IMG/VR virus record: IMGVR_UViG_2236876025_000005
Coordinates: 1,662-65,661 of that record
DNA length: 64,000 bases
Reading direction: 5' to 3' (one strand)
Origin: a virus
Taxonomy: Duplodnaviria > Caudoviricetes
In this document: positions 1 through 8,848 of the stretch, one piece after another
Layout of the letters: each line of letters begins with the position of its first letter
Numbering within the stretch: position 1 is the first letter of the stretch
Notes under the pieces: model-generated
What the model was told of the DNA's origin: nothing
The model's database searches: none
What the model saw: only the letters and a program-made list of their open reading frames with translations
Translations under genes and position numbers: made by a program

Positions 1-2
1 TT

Positions 3-302
3 TTAGATTAAGAATACGTTACTTGTCCTACTCAAACAAGCATAGAATTTACCGTCAGCCGAACGTTTGATAAATCCGTTCAAACCGTATGTACCTGTTG
101 ATACGGCGATAGTGTAACTGTTACGCAATAGTTCCTGCGCATTTTCGTAAGTAGTAATATCATAAGCACGCAAGGCTGTCGCCAAAGTAAAAAGTTGTTT
201 TGAGTTCAACTTTACGGAATCCCAACCCTCGCCGTCATTTACCAATTCCAACTCTTCGCTGTCCTTGATTTTCTTACTGTCCATTAGTTTCTTTAAGTTC
301 AT
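3..302 (-). CDS. hypothetical protein with N-terminal LMDSKKIKDS leader motif
   Basis: Complete 99-aa ORF; its N-terminus matches the x-D-S-[RK][RK]-[VI]-K-D motif of the polyproteins. Confidence 0.75.
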   Translation of the reverse strand: MNLKKLMDSKKIKDSEELELVNDGEGWDSVKLNSKQLFTLATALRAYDITTYENAQELLRNSYTIAVSTGTYGLNGFIKRSADGKFYACLSRTSNVFLI

Positions 303-327
303 AGTCTGTATTTTTTTTGTTTACCAA

Positions 328-696
328 TCAATCGTCGTAATTAGGTCTGTCCCAAACCTTGACCTCAAAACCTGTTTTCTCTTTAAACTCTTTGGCTTTC
401 TGTTTAAAACCTTTGATATTCTTAGCGTCCTTTTTGTCCACAAGAACCTCCGAATACGAACCGTTCCAATCAATATCAATCAAATCCTCGTCGTCACCAA
501 AGACATCGCTCACAGCGTAACCTATCGCATATTGCCAAACAGATTCTGCTGTTACCTGTTCCCCTATATTTCTTAACTCATCAACCGCGTCGGAAAAATA
601 CTCTTCGTCGTCAGCCAACTTTTCAAAAATCCAAATATCGTTTTCGCCGCAATCAAGCAAATACGATAACATAAATTTCATAACCTCTGTGTTCAT
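328..696 (-). CDS. hypothetical acidic protein
   Basis: 122-aa ORF with promoter box at 721-728. Confidence 0.75.
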   Translation of the reverse strand: MNTEVMKFMLSYLLDCGENDIWIFEKLADDEEYFSDAVDELRNIGEQVTAESVWQYAIGYAVSDVFGDDEDLIDIDWNGSYSEVLVDKKDAKNIKGFKQKAKEFKEKTGFEVKVWDRPNYDD

Positions 697-720
697 AGTC
701 TGTATAGTTTAAAATTTTCA

Positions 721-728
721 CAAATATA
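721..728 (-). promoter_or_regulatory. Bacteroidota -7 promoter box (TAnnTTTG)
   Basis: CAAATATA on + = TATATTTG on -, about 25 nt upstream of the ATG at 696. Confidence 0.65.
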
Positions 729-731
729 CAA

Positions 732-1625
732 TTATTTTTTAATTTCCTGTTCCCAATATTTACCGAATTTCGCCGCGAGTTCCTTCGCGTAGAACGGGAA
801 CGTCTGTAACACAAGGTACAGGTGCTTGCACACGTAGCCCTTTTCGTGAGGGTTTCTGATAACAGGACGCCTGAGTTCCTTTTCGAGACCGTAACCCATT
901 TTCCACGCCTTGTACTTGTAGCCCCAATAATGGAATGCAGGACAGTTTGACACAATCACACCGTTGGCGATATAATTGTGCGGCTCGTCGAACAGGCACA
1001 CGTCATACCCGATTTGGGGTTCAGCGTCCTCAATCCTGTCAACCACGTATGAACATATAACGCCTTGCACACTCATTCCCTGCCTGTATTCCTTGACAGT
1101 GCGCATAACACCGTCCGCCCACATAATCTTATGGTCGGTCGTGACCGTCAGTGTTCGGTCGTAACCCTTGAACGTGATTTTGACCCAATTGTCTTTCATT
1201 TTGGATTGCCTTACGGCGGCGACAACGTGCCAATTGTCATCTGACGAAAGAACAAAATCGTCGGTCGTCACGTCCTCGATATTCTTGTAACCCTGTTTCG
1301 TGAGAACCTGCGTCCCTTTTGCGAGACAGTTACAGTGTACTTTCAAACCCCCGTCCAACATTAATTTCTCGATTTCCTTGTAGTTCCTCGCGTTCACAAT
1401 ATTCTCGAACGTCGCTTTCTCGATATAGATTCTCTGAGTGTATATGTACCCGTTATCCTCATACTCGGCTGACTGTGTCTTGTACATAATCGTCTGTTCC
1501 TTGACGTACATGGACACGAGGTTCGTTCCCTTGTCGAGTTGGCGCGAACGCCGCTGAACCTGAAGGAATTGCTTTTCCGAAAGCAATTTTCTGTAACCGA
1601 ACCCACCGTCACGCATTTGGTACAT
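732..1625 (-). CDS. SWIM-type Zn-finger protein interrupted by a mini-intein
   Basis: Spliced extein reads HCN|CPAFHYWGY...VCKHL, a CxC...CxH SWIM motif. Confidence 0.8.
   Translation of the reverse strand: MYQMRDGGFGYRKLLSEKQFLQVQRRSRQLDKGTNLVSMYVKEQTIMYKTQSAEYEDNGYIYTQRIYIEKATFENIVNARNYKEIEKLMLDGGLKVHCNCLAKGTQVLTKQGYKNIEDVTTDDFVLSSDDNWHVVAAVRQSKMKDNWVKITFKGYDRTLTVTTDHKIMWADGVMRTVKEYRQGMSVQGVICSYVVDRIEDAEPQIGYDVCLFDEPHNYIANGVIVSNCPAFHYWGYKYKAWKMGYGLEKELRRPVIRNPHEKGYVCKHLYLVLQTFPFYAKELAAKFGKYWEQEIKK
945..1328 (-). mobile_element. mini-intein (128 aa, no homing endonuclease)
   Basis: Block A CLAKGTQVLTKQGYKNIEDV, block B TTDHKI, block F YDV, block G HNYIANGVIVSN followed by +1 Cys. Confidence 0.9.
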
Positions 1626-1631
1626 GGTCTA

Positions 1632-2120
1632 TCAAATTAAAGGTAACTCGAATTTTTGTGCGACAATGTTTATATTATTTGGTTGGGTTGTGTCGTACGC
1701 GACGAATTGCCAACCCATCTCGAATGTCCAAATACCGATAATTTTCTTGAAATCAAACGCGTTGCACTTGTAATACCGTTTGCCGTTGCGGACAAAACTA
1801 CTAAACTCCAACGTATCGTAATCAATATCCTCGGAATCAATCATTTTGCCGTCCTTTAACACGACATAAAACCAATTGTCGGAGTCGTCAACACCGCCCT
1901 GTCCGTTTTTCAACATATCGGCTAAATAACCGATTTCGTCGTCAAACGAACGGGACAGTTGGGGCAACTCGGTTTCGTCAACATACACACAAAGATTTCC
2001 GTCGGAATCCACATCGGTTTCAATATAATTGTCATCACCGAAACCACCGTAACCGAAATCCGTTTTGTCGTCAACAAAATACACAATGTTGTTCCAATCG
2101 TCAAATCTTTCCTGTAACAT
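1632..2120 (-). CDS. hypothetical acidic protein
   Basis: 162-aa ORF; promoter-like CGAATATA and palindrome at 2145-2169. Confidence 0.7.
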   Translation of the reverse strand: MLQERFDDWNNIVYFVDDKTDFGYGGFGDDNYIETDVDSDGNLCVYVDETELPQLSRSFDDEIGYLADMLKNGQGGVDDSDNWFYVVLKDGKMIDSEDIDYDTLEFSSFVRNGKRYYKCNAFDFKKIIGIWTFEMGWQFVAYDTTQPNNINIVAQKFELPLI

Positions 2121-2179
2121 ATCCGTACCGTTTAAAATCGTCCGCGAATATAATAACTTTTTTATTACACAAACACTTT

Positions 2180-2452
2180 CTACAAAAAATATTCGATATA
2201 AGCCCCCGACACCATAAGCGTTTCAAGAATGTGCAGGGCGTACATGGCGTTCCGTTTCGCCCAACATTTGAACCCGTCGTCCGTCGGTTTGTCGTTCATA
2301 GCCTTGTACGAATCCGACATACGTTCGTTTACGACCGATTCGGGGAACACGTACCCTTTGTATATCAGTTCACCGTCACCGTCCTTTCGGGGGTAATGGT
2401 TCACCGACGGTATATCAAGGTATTTGTGTTCGTGCTTGCGTTTCATAATCAA
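2180..2452 (-). CDS. hypothetical protein
   Basis: 90-aa ORF, ATGA-coupled to the upstream ORF. Confidence 0.7.
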   Translation of the reverse strand: MIMKRKHEHKYLDIPSVNHYPRKDGDGELIYKGYVFPESVVNERMSDSYKAMNDKPTDDGFKCWAKRNAMYALHILETLMVSGAYIEYFL

Positions 2453-2619
2453 TCCTCGAAATATTCAAAATGTTCGCCCCGAACGCCCTCGACGATTTCC
2501 ACCGAATCAAAATCAATAATGATTCGGGCGTGGGGGTGATAATTTTTCCGCAAATACTCAACCAACGGTTCGGCAAGGGCGCGGAAATCGGGTTTTTCGA
2601 TGTCGTTGTTGTTTTCCAT
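2449..2619 (-). CDS. hypothetical protein
   Basis: Start MENN at 2619 overlaps the upstream stop (TAATG). Confidence 0.65.
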   Translation of the reverse strand: MENNNDIEKPDFRALAEPLVEYLRKNYHPHARIIIDFDSVEIVEGVRGEHFEYFED

Positions 2620-4388
2620 TATTCCGCAACCCAATTATACGTCACACTTCCGTCAGACACTGTCGCTTTGAGAACGTAAGTGCCGTCAGAGGCAGGAACG
2701 CTTGTCAATATGTTGTCGGCTTTGTCAACCTTGTTCTTGTACGCGTTGGTGAAATTGTTGTCACTGACAATGTTCCTGTCCATAATCAACTGAGACACGC
2801 GGTCGAGTATTTCGTCGTCACCGTGACCGAACGGGTTTGCGCTCGCACGGTCGTCGGTATAGAACACGTCGTTCACAGCCTCGTACAGACCGACAACGTT
2901 GTCCGACTTGCGCATTGCAGGCACGAAATCGTAAGCCAAGGTCGTCAAGTTGTATATTTTCAAACGGTACAGGCGACCACTGAAACATCTGTCGTATCCT
3001 GTCGTTGTCTTCAGACCGAACAGAACCAACGGCGCGTCGTTTCCGCCCGTGTCCTTCGCCGTCCAATCGTCGCTTGATTCAACGGTTGCGGTTGAATCGT
3101 CCGAATATGTGATTGTTTTGTTCGTGCCGTCGTTGACGTATTTGAGAATCTGACGGGCGTTGGCGTCTATCTTGGCAGTTACCGAGGTTGTCTTTATCAT
3201 CACCTCGCCTGTAAGTCCGCTCGCCTTGTACAGACTGATAGCGAAACGGTTTTGTGTTCCGCGTCCGCCTGCGTTGATAATCTGAGGCGCGTTCGACGCG
3301 GTGGCGGCGGTATTCGACATATACTCGATTTCAAAGCCTGTGTTTTGGTTCGGAATAATCGGGGTTGTGATACACTGCGTGCCGTCCGTTTCTATATAAA
3401 ACAGTTGCTTGTAGCCTTCCATTTCGACAGCCTCCATATTCTGTATATAACGCTTGTCGTTTTCCAACTGTGACATTTTCGACGGAATTGTCGGCTTGTT
3501 GTCGAGGTCGTCGTAATCGTTCGACAACGCGACGGGCGCGTTGGGAATTTCGGGCTTGTTCAACAAATCGTTGTACGAACCCGACATTGCGACAGGTGCT
3601 AATTGGTTTATCCAATACAACGGGTCGTAAATTGTGAGATTGCCGTTCACAATATCCATTTCGCTCAACATCGTCGTTTGCCCGAACAATATCGGGACAC
3701 ACATATAAACAATGGGGTTAGACGTGCTTTGGTTGAGTATCGACGTGACATTGCTGAACATACCGTATTGCGGTAGTGTCACGTCGGCAATTTTTGAACC
3801 GTTCATATATAAATGCACGGTTTCGTTGACCGTGATTCGGGCGTTCGGGTATGTCGGAATCGTGTCGTCAGGGAACGAATACGAAACATTCGTTATTTGC
3901 CAACCCGACATTTCCAACGTGTATTCCAAGTCCATTTCGACGTTCGGCAACAGTCTCGCGTCATTTGTCTGAACATAGTTCGTCAGGTCTATTCCCGACA
4001 GTTTGTTCTTTTCCTCTGTCGTATAGTCGTTTGTTGACAGACCCTTTCCTGACACGGCGTCAACCTTTGTGTCGAGGACGCCCTTTATGACCTTGTTCTG
4101 AACAGGGTTCTCGCTCGTCCCTGACAGTGCGTCGTCAACAGTGACCGAACCGCCCTGAACGTCAAACGAGACATTGCCGTTGGTGGGTGAATATGTTGTC
4201 CCGTTCACGGTGACTGTCTTGACCATATCGCTGTGTGTGTGGTTGGCGGCGGCGAAATCAGCCGCGTCGTGTTCGGCGGCGTCACCCAACGTGACCTGTT
4301 TGGTACGTCCGCTCTTGACGCCTAACACCTTGGTTGAACTCTTGGTGAAATCAACCACGTCATATTCTGTTATCTTTTTGTCTGCCAT
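2619..4388 (-). CDS. tail fibre-like virion protein with C-terminal lectin/LamG-like domain
   Basis: Fibre motifs KGLSTNDYTTEEKNKL, SGSYNDLLNKPEIP and DYDDLDNKPTIP; beta-rich C-domain YIETDG...FSGRLY...DFVPA...GLYEAV. Confidence 0.65.
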   Translation of the reverse strand: MADKKITEYDVVDFTKSSTKVLGVKSGRTKQVTLGDAAEHDAADFAAANHTHSDMVKTVTVNGTTYSPTNGNVSFDVQGGSVTVDDALSGTSENPVQNKVIKGVLDTKVDAVSGKGLSTNDYTTEEKNKLSGIDLTNYVQTNDARLLPNVEMDLEYTLEMSGWQITNVSYSFPDDTIPTYPNARITVNETVHLYMNGSKIADVTLPQYGMFSNVTSILNQSTSNPIVYMCVPILFGQTTMLSEMDIVNGNLTIYDPLYWINQLAPVAMSGSYNDLLNKPEIPNAPVALSNDYDDLDNKPTIPSKMSQLENDKRYIQNMEAVEMEGYKQLFYIETDGTQCITTPIIPNQNTGFEIEYMSNTAATASNAPQIINAGGRGTQNRFAISLYKASGLTGEVMIKTTSVTAKIDANARQILKYVNDGTNKTITYSDDSTATVESSDDWTAKDTGGNDAPLVLFGLKTTTGYDRCFSGRLYRLKIYNLTTLAYDFVPAMRKSDNVVGLYEAVNDVFYTDDRASANPFGHGDDEILDRVSQLIMDRNIVSDNNFTNAYKNKVDKADNILTSVPASDGTYVLKATVSDGSVTYNWVAE

Positions 4389-4392
4389 AGTT

Positions 4393-4596
4393 TTACGTCG
4401 TTATATAGTTACTCTCATCGTCAGTTATCCTATTGCCCTCGTCGTCCGCCAAGTAGAACGTCTCCCTGATTACCGTTCCGCCGTCGTCGTAGCCTGTCGC
4501 GACAGCATTGTAATCTGTCAGGACAGCACAGCCCAAGTTAGCCGTCCCGAGGACAGCCGCGCACAAAACAGCCGTCAGGTCGTCAAAGTTATTCAT
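4393..4596 (-). CDS. small hypothetical (virion-associated?) protein
   Basis: Likely start MNNFDD at 4596 overlaps the upstream stop. Confidence 0.55.
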   Translation of the reverse strand: MNNFDDLTAVLCAAVLGTANLGCAVLTDYNAVATGYDDGGTVIRETFYLADDEGNRITDDESNYITT

Positions 4597-4870
4597 ATTT
4601 CCCCGTTGTTGGATTTGACGAGCATACAATCTTGTAATAAGCCTTTTCGGACACGCCCTTCAGCGTCTTGCACCAAGTGTCGCCTGTCCGCAACGCGTCC
4701 TTGTAGCACATTTGCCAATTCGTCTGTGACAGCGATTGGTATATTTCAATTTCAACGCCTGTGAAATCAGGCACGGAATCAAATGTCAGTTCAACAACCG
4801 CGTCACTGTCGAACTGAACAATGTCGCTCTCGTATCTGTCACCAACCTTTGTGAATGTAAAATCTGCCAT
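4589..4870 (-). CDS. hypothetical beta-rich protein
   Basis: 93-aa ORF in the virion operon. Confidence 0.7.
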   Translation of the reverse strand: MADFTFTKVGDRYESDIVQFDSDAVVELTFDSVPDFTGVEIEIYQSLSQTNWQMCYKDALRTGDTWCKTLKGVSEKAYYKIVCSSNPTTGKYE

Positions 4871-4891
4871 AATATTCTGTATTAAATAAGT

Positions 4892-5074
4892 TTATGTCAA
4901 TCCGTAAAACCCGTCGTGTCCGTCGTCCTCACCGCCCCTTATGTAAGCCACGGCGTATATCGCGGCTATGACAGCCAATACGAGGCTCACCAAAACGCGC
5001 TCCTGTGTCAGCGTGTACACGGACGCGAACAATACGGCGAGTACGACAATATATTTGACAACATTCAGGTTCAT
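4892..5074 (-). CDS. small two-TM membrane protein (holin-like)
   Basis: 60 aa, two hydrophobic helices, acidic tail. Confidence 0.55.
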   Translation of the reverse strand: MNLNVVKYIVVLAVLFASVYTLTQERVLVSLVLAVIAAIYAVAYIRGGEDDGHDGFYGLT

Positions 5075-5424
5075 TTCTTTAACTCTTTCAATTCTTTGAC
5101 TTTCGCTTTGAGTTTCGCTATTTCTATATCCTTTTTGGTTATGACCTTCTCCTTTTCGAGCAATTGGCTCGTCAGGTCGGCTTTCTCGGAAATAACCCGT
5201 TTGTGTTTCTCGACGAGTTCGAGGTGACGGACTTCGAGTTCGTTGTAACGTTCCTTTATCTCCCTGACAGCAAACGACTCCTCGTCTTTCTTGTTTTCGA
5301 GTTTGGCTTTCTCATTCTCAATTTCAAGCGCGCGTTTCTTTTGCTTGCGGTCAAGGAAAACGGCTATTCCGCCGCCGCCCAACAACACACCCGTTATTTC
5401 CAATATAGCTGTTACATCCAACAT
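5071..5424 (-). CDS. N-terminal TM plus coiled-coil protein (holin/lysis-associated-like)
   Basis: Start MLDVT at 5424 (the promoter at 5447 excludes the longer ORF); TM segment ILEITGVLLGGGGIAVFL then heptads. Confidence 0.55.
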   Translation of the reverse strand: MLDVTAILEITGVLLGGGGIAVFLDRKQKKRALEIENEKAKLENKKDEESFAVREIKERYNELEVRHLELVEKHKRVISEKADLTSQLLEKEKVITKKDIEIAKLKAKVKELKELKK

Positions 5425-5446
5425 TGTGTTTACTTTTTTGTCCACA

Positions 5447-5454
5447 CAAAGATA
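5447..5454 (-). promoter_or_regulatory. Bacteroidota -7 promoter box
   Basis: CAAAGATA = TATCTTTG on -. Confidence 0.65.
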
Positions 5455-5455
5455 C

Positions 5456-5490
5456 AAAAAAAGTGGAATTGAAAAACAACCCCACTTTTT
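5456..5490. terminator. intrinsic terminator (bidirectional-like)
   Basis: AAAAAGTGG...CCACTTTTT stem flanked by A and T tracts. Confidence 0.65.
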
Positions 5491-5512
5491 AATAAACGTT
5501 TCCGCTAACGAT

Positions 5513-6292
5513 TTAACCTCTGCGGCGAACAATGTTGCGGCTTACGCGGCTGTCAGCGGCGCGTCTTGCAGACGGGCGAACAGCGGCGCGGCGTGCGCGT
5601 GCGTCACGTACACGGCGAGCGGCGGCTAATGCGCGGCTACGACGTACTGCGCTGTCTTTCACGGCGGCGCGGCGTGCGAGTGCGCGACGTTTTGCAAAAC
5701 CGTCTTCCACACGTTTGCGGATGATAGCCAACTTACGGCTGTCAGCGACACCCTTGCGGCGTACGATAGCGCGGCGTCTAACCGAATCAGCAACCTCTTC
5801 GTCGTCAGCCTCAGGCTCGAAATCAGGCTCTGCCTCGCCTGCGTCCTCGCCTGCGTCCTCACCGCCGTCAGGCAGTAAGTCACCAATCACCTCGACAACA
5901 GCCGAAATAATGTCCTCGGCGGCGTTCAGAACCTCAGCAGGTGCGTTGTCAACCTCTTCGTTCAATACGCTCACAGCCGCATCGATAGCCTCTTCGCTTG
6001 TCTCAGTCTCGGCGAGTTCGTCCTTGATACGTTGACGGATGCGCATATACATTTTGCTTGCGCTGTCTTGTTTGCGTGTCAGTCCCTGTATGGCTGATGT
6101 ACGTTTCACCATACCTCGCGTTGCAGGACGTGCTGAATCGCTAACGCGGTTAATACTCGACGCAGTGCCGTTGCGTTTCACAGCCATACGGCGTTTTGCG
6201 TCCAAAATTCTCTTGTTTCGGGCAACTGCGCTGTCCGACACACGGTTGGCGTTATTCTTAACCTCTACCAACCCATTCAAAAAATCTGACAT
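5513..6292 (-). CDS. Arg/Ala-rich protein with about 10 [VI]xD(S) motifs; putative core/scaffold or DNA-condensing protein
   Basis: Repeats RVSDS (x2), ILDA, IKDE, VADS (x2), VEDG, VKDS, VRDA, AADS; basic ends with an acidic middle. Confidence 0.7.
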   Translation of the reverse strand: MSDFLNGLVEVKNNANRVSDSAVARNKRILDAKRRMAVKRNGTASSINRVSDSARPATRGMVKRTSAIQGLTRKQDSASKMYMRIRQRIKDELAETETSEEAIDAAVSVLNEEVDNAPAEVLNAAEDIISAVVEVIGDLLPDGGEDAGEDAGEAEPDFEPEADDEEVADSVRRRAIVRRKGVADSRKLAIIRKRVEDGFAKRRALARRAAVKDSAVRRSRALAAARRVRDARARRAAVRPSARRAADSRVSRNIVRRRG

Positions 6293-6334
6293 AATGCAAA
6301 AAAATTGTTTAATTAAACATTAAAATTCTTTTCA

Positions 6335-6342
6335 CAAATATA
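6335..6342 (-). promoter_or_regulatory. Bacteroidota -7 promoter box
   Basis: CAAATATA upstream of the ATG at 6292. Confidence 0.65.
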
Positions 6343-6350
6343 CGCGTTTT

Positions 6351-6923
6351 TTACAACTTAACAAAAAAATACGACAGACCTCGTTTTGTCTTGTACTTGT
6401 ACCCGTTTTTTTTCATTTTGTAGGCGAGTTCCAAATCGCGGTCGGGACGGTCAACGGTGATTTTTATCTTGTCACCCTTGAAACGCTCGATTTCCGCGTC
6501 CTCGATACAGTCACGTATCGGTTTCAGGTCATCGTCCTGACCCAAGTCAAGTTCGAGTTGCTGAGGACGCTCGCTTTTTCTCGGCTGTTCCGTTTCGTCC
6601 TGCGCCTGTTCCGCGTCCTCTGTCCGTTCGGGCTGTTCCTGCACCGTCGGCTCGTCAGGCTCAGGCTCGGGTGTCGGCTCAGGGTTCGCCTCGGGTTTCA
6701 TTTTTCCGTCAACGTAGGCAATAAGCGCACCGTTGTCTGTTATTTCAGGCGCGTTCTTAGTGCCTATGTACAGGCGCATAACCGTACTGTCATCCGCGTT
6801 GTACTTGCGCTGTGCGTAGTCTTTTATAAGCGTGTAAAGTTTGACCGATTTATTCGGCTCTTTCTTGATTCGGGTTGTCTCGCCTGACATTATCTGCGCC
6901 AAACCCATTGTAAAGTCACCCAT
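6351..6923 (-). CDS. hypothetical protein with P/E-rich linker
   Basis: 190-aa ORF downstream of portal. Confidence 0.7.
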   Translation of the reverse strand: MGDFTMGLAQIMSGETTRIKKEPNKSVKLYTLIKDYAQRKYNADDSTVMRLYIGTKNAPEITDNGALIAYVDGKMKPEANPEPTPEPEPDEPTVQEQPERTEDAEQAQDETEQPRKSERPQQLELDLGQDDDLKPIRDCIEDAEIERFKGDKIKITVDRPDRDLELAYKMKKNGYKYKTKRGLSYFFVKL

Positions 6924-6951
6924 TTCGTTGTTGTTTTTTTGTTGTTATTGT

Positions 6952-7164
6952 TTATAAATCGTTGTTGTCCATGTACTCGATTAAATCCTCAATAGAACCC
7001 TGTACCGACTGTATCTTTATACACAACGTGCGTTCAATTTCGTTGTCGATGTTCTCGTAGTCGCTGACGCCGTTATCCTTTTCAAGTGAATGGACTATGC
7101 GTGCGCCGCGTTCCTGTAATTTGACGGCGGAAATATAATACTTGTCAAGTGTGTTTCCATCCAT
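6952..7164 (-). CDS. hypothetical coiled-coil protein
   Basis: 70-aa ORF. Confidence 0.6.
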   Translation of the reverse strand: MDGNTLDKYYISAVKLQERGARIVHSLEKDNGVSDYENIDNEIERTLCIKIQSVQGSIEDLIEYMDNNDL

Positions 7165-7179
7165 ACTATTCGTTTTTTT

Positions 7180-7244
7180 AAAAACCGAACCGTTGGCGCA
7201 GGGGACACCCCTACAACCAACAGCCCGTAAACCCTCTCGGGTTT
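7180..7244 (-). terminator. long hairpin terminator after portal, preceded by a GAGA tetraloop hairpin
   Basis: Minus strand: AAACCC-GAGA-GGGTTT, then CGGGCTGTTGG..TAGGGG-TGT-CCCCTG..CCAACGGTTCG followed by T5. Confidence 0.6.
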
Positions 7245-7282
7245 GTGTATCACAATAACAACAACAAAAGTGATTTCATATT

Positions 7283-8848
7283 TTACTCTGTTTGCGGTTC
7301 AAATGTTTCTATTTCAGGTGCGCCGCCACCGCCACCAAGTTCCTCGCCGCCGCCCAAGTCCTCACTTGTGAAATCAGGCTCGCCCAAATCGGGCAAACCG
7401 CCGCCACCGAGGTCTTCGCCGCCGCCCAAGCCGCCGCCTGAGCCGCCGCCCTCGACACCTGCCTCGCCGTTCAGTTCCTCACCGTTGTTCTGCGCCTGAC
7501 GCAGTTCCTCTAAGTAGTCGAGGAAATCGTTGTACCAATCCTGAATGACAGGCGACTTGATAGACGCGTTCACCAAGCCCAACAGTGACTTCAGCCTGTG
7601 TATCTTTTGCTCGATAGGCTCTTCGGGGTCGTCACCCATAACAAGACCCTCGATGTCAGACACAACCTCGGTATAGTTCGACATAGCCTGCAAAACGTCG
7701 TCGTCCTCTGAGGTCGGCAACTGAATCAGGCTGAACACGACGTTATACTTTTCGAGCGACTGTGTCCTCGATATGAACTCGTTGATAGTCTTTTCTATCA
7801 GGGTTCTGATTGAGTTGCACAGTTTGGCGTACCGCAAGTCCGAACGAATCATACTTGCCGCCGTGCTACCCATAGCCTGTGAGAAATCCATGTAGGTCGC
7901 AGGGAAACGGGTAATCAGGTTCAGTTTGTCAAGATAGTATTTCAGGTCGGGCAGTTCCTTTATGTCACCCTGAGGAACGTCGAGGTGCATTTGTGGCTCG
8001 CCTTTACTGTTGCGTGTCGGAATGATAGGAATATTGTCGTTGTATTCCTCGTTGTTCACCGACGTCAGGTTCATGGAATCAGCGTTTATCGCGGCTGAAA
8101 TAGTCTCGACAACGTCCTTTTGGGTGTCACCGTTAGACAGACCGACGTCAACAGTCGCATAACGTACGATTCTCGACAGTTGGGCGCGATAGCGTTTCAG
8201 GGCGTTCTCAATCAGGTTGAGCGCGTCCAAAGTCGATTTCGCGTTCTTGAACTGCATCGGGGTCGGCGTTATTTCAAACACGATGTCGTCCGTCAGGTCT
8301 TTGTTGTCCTCGGGGACTTCGAGCAACGAGTTCTTTTCATAATTTATGAAAATGATAACGTCCTCTAAGTTGCGTTTCTCCTTGTGAACCTCTGACATAT
8401 CGTAGGCGACGACCTGTTTGGTCTTTGTCAGGTAGAACTTCAGTTCTTTCAAGTTCGGCAACAGACAAATCTTTCCGTTGTCCTCGTCGAATGTCGCGTT
8501 GAACACTGACACGCCGACGAGTTGCAGGTCTTTCGACACCCAACGCACGACCGAGTTCAGTTCGTCCTTGAACGAATCGAGAACGGCTTGGTGCGCCTCA
8601 GGCAACTCTGTCTCGCCCTCGGGTAACTCGTAGTTGTATGACACGGGCGTCTCGCCACGGCAAACGTCGTCCGCCGTGATGTCACAGATAGCCTCGGCGT
8701 ACGGGTTCTGTGACAGGTCTTGCTCGGACGCGCCGCCGTTCGTTGTCGTAGAGGACGACGCGCCGTTGTAACCCTTGCGCCACGACGTACCCGTCGGGAT
8801 GCCCATTGCGGCTTTTATCGTTGAGAAAAAACCGTCAACGCTTACCAT
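7283..8848 (-). CDS. portal protein (T4 gp20-like)
   Basis: RIVRYATVDVG, IPIIPTR, DIKELPDLKYYLDKL..FP..YM and IRSDLRYAK align with T4-type portal motifs; Gly/Glu-rich tail; next to terminase. Confidence 0.8.
   Translation of the reverse strand: MVSVDGFFSTIKAAMGIPTGTSWRKGYNGASSSTTTNGGASEQDLSQNPYAEAICDITADDVCRGETPVSYNYELPEGETELPEAHQAVLDSFKDELNSVVRWVSKDLQLVGVSVFNATFDEDNGKICLLPNLKELKFYLTKTKQVVAYDMSEVHKEKRNLEDVIIFINYEKNSLLEVPEDNKDLTDDIVFEITPTPMQFKNAKSTLDALNLIENALKRYRAQLSRIVRYATVDVGLSNGDTQKDVVETISAAINADSMNLTSVNNEEYNDNIPIIPTRNSKGEPQMHLDVPQGDIKELPDLKYYLDKLNLITRFPATYMDFSQAMGSTAASMIRSDLRYAKLCNSIRTLIEKTINEFISRTQSLEKYNVVFSLIQLPTSEDDDVLQAMSNYTEVVSDIEGLVMGDDPEEPIEQKIHRLKSLLGLVNASIKSPVIQDWYNDFLDYLEELRQAQNNGEELNGEAGVEGGGSGGGLGGGEDLGGGGLPDLGEPDFTSEDLGGGEELGGGGGAPEIETFEPQTE

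Noticed and set aside
7283-7480. GGC-rich repeats at the portal 3' end as a separate repeat element
   Set aside because: They encode an ordinary Gly/Glu-rich disordered portal tail (GGEDLGGG).
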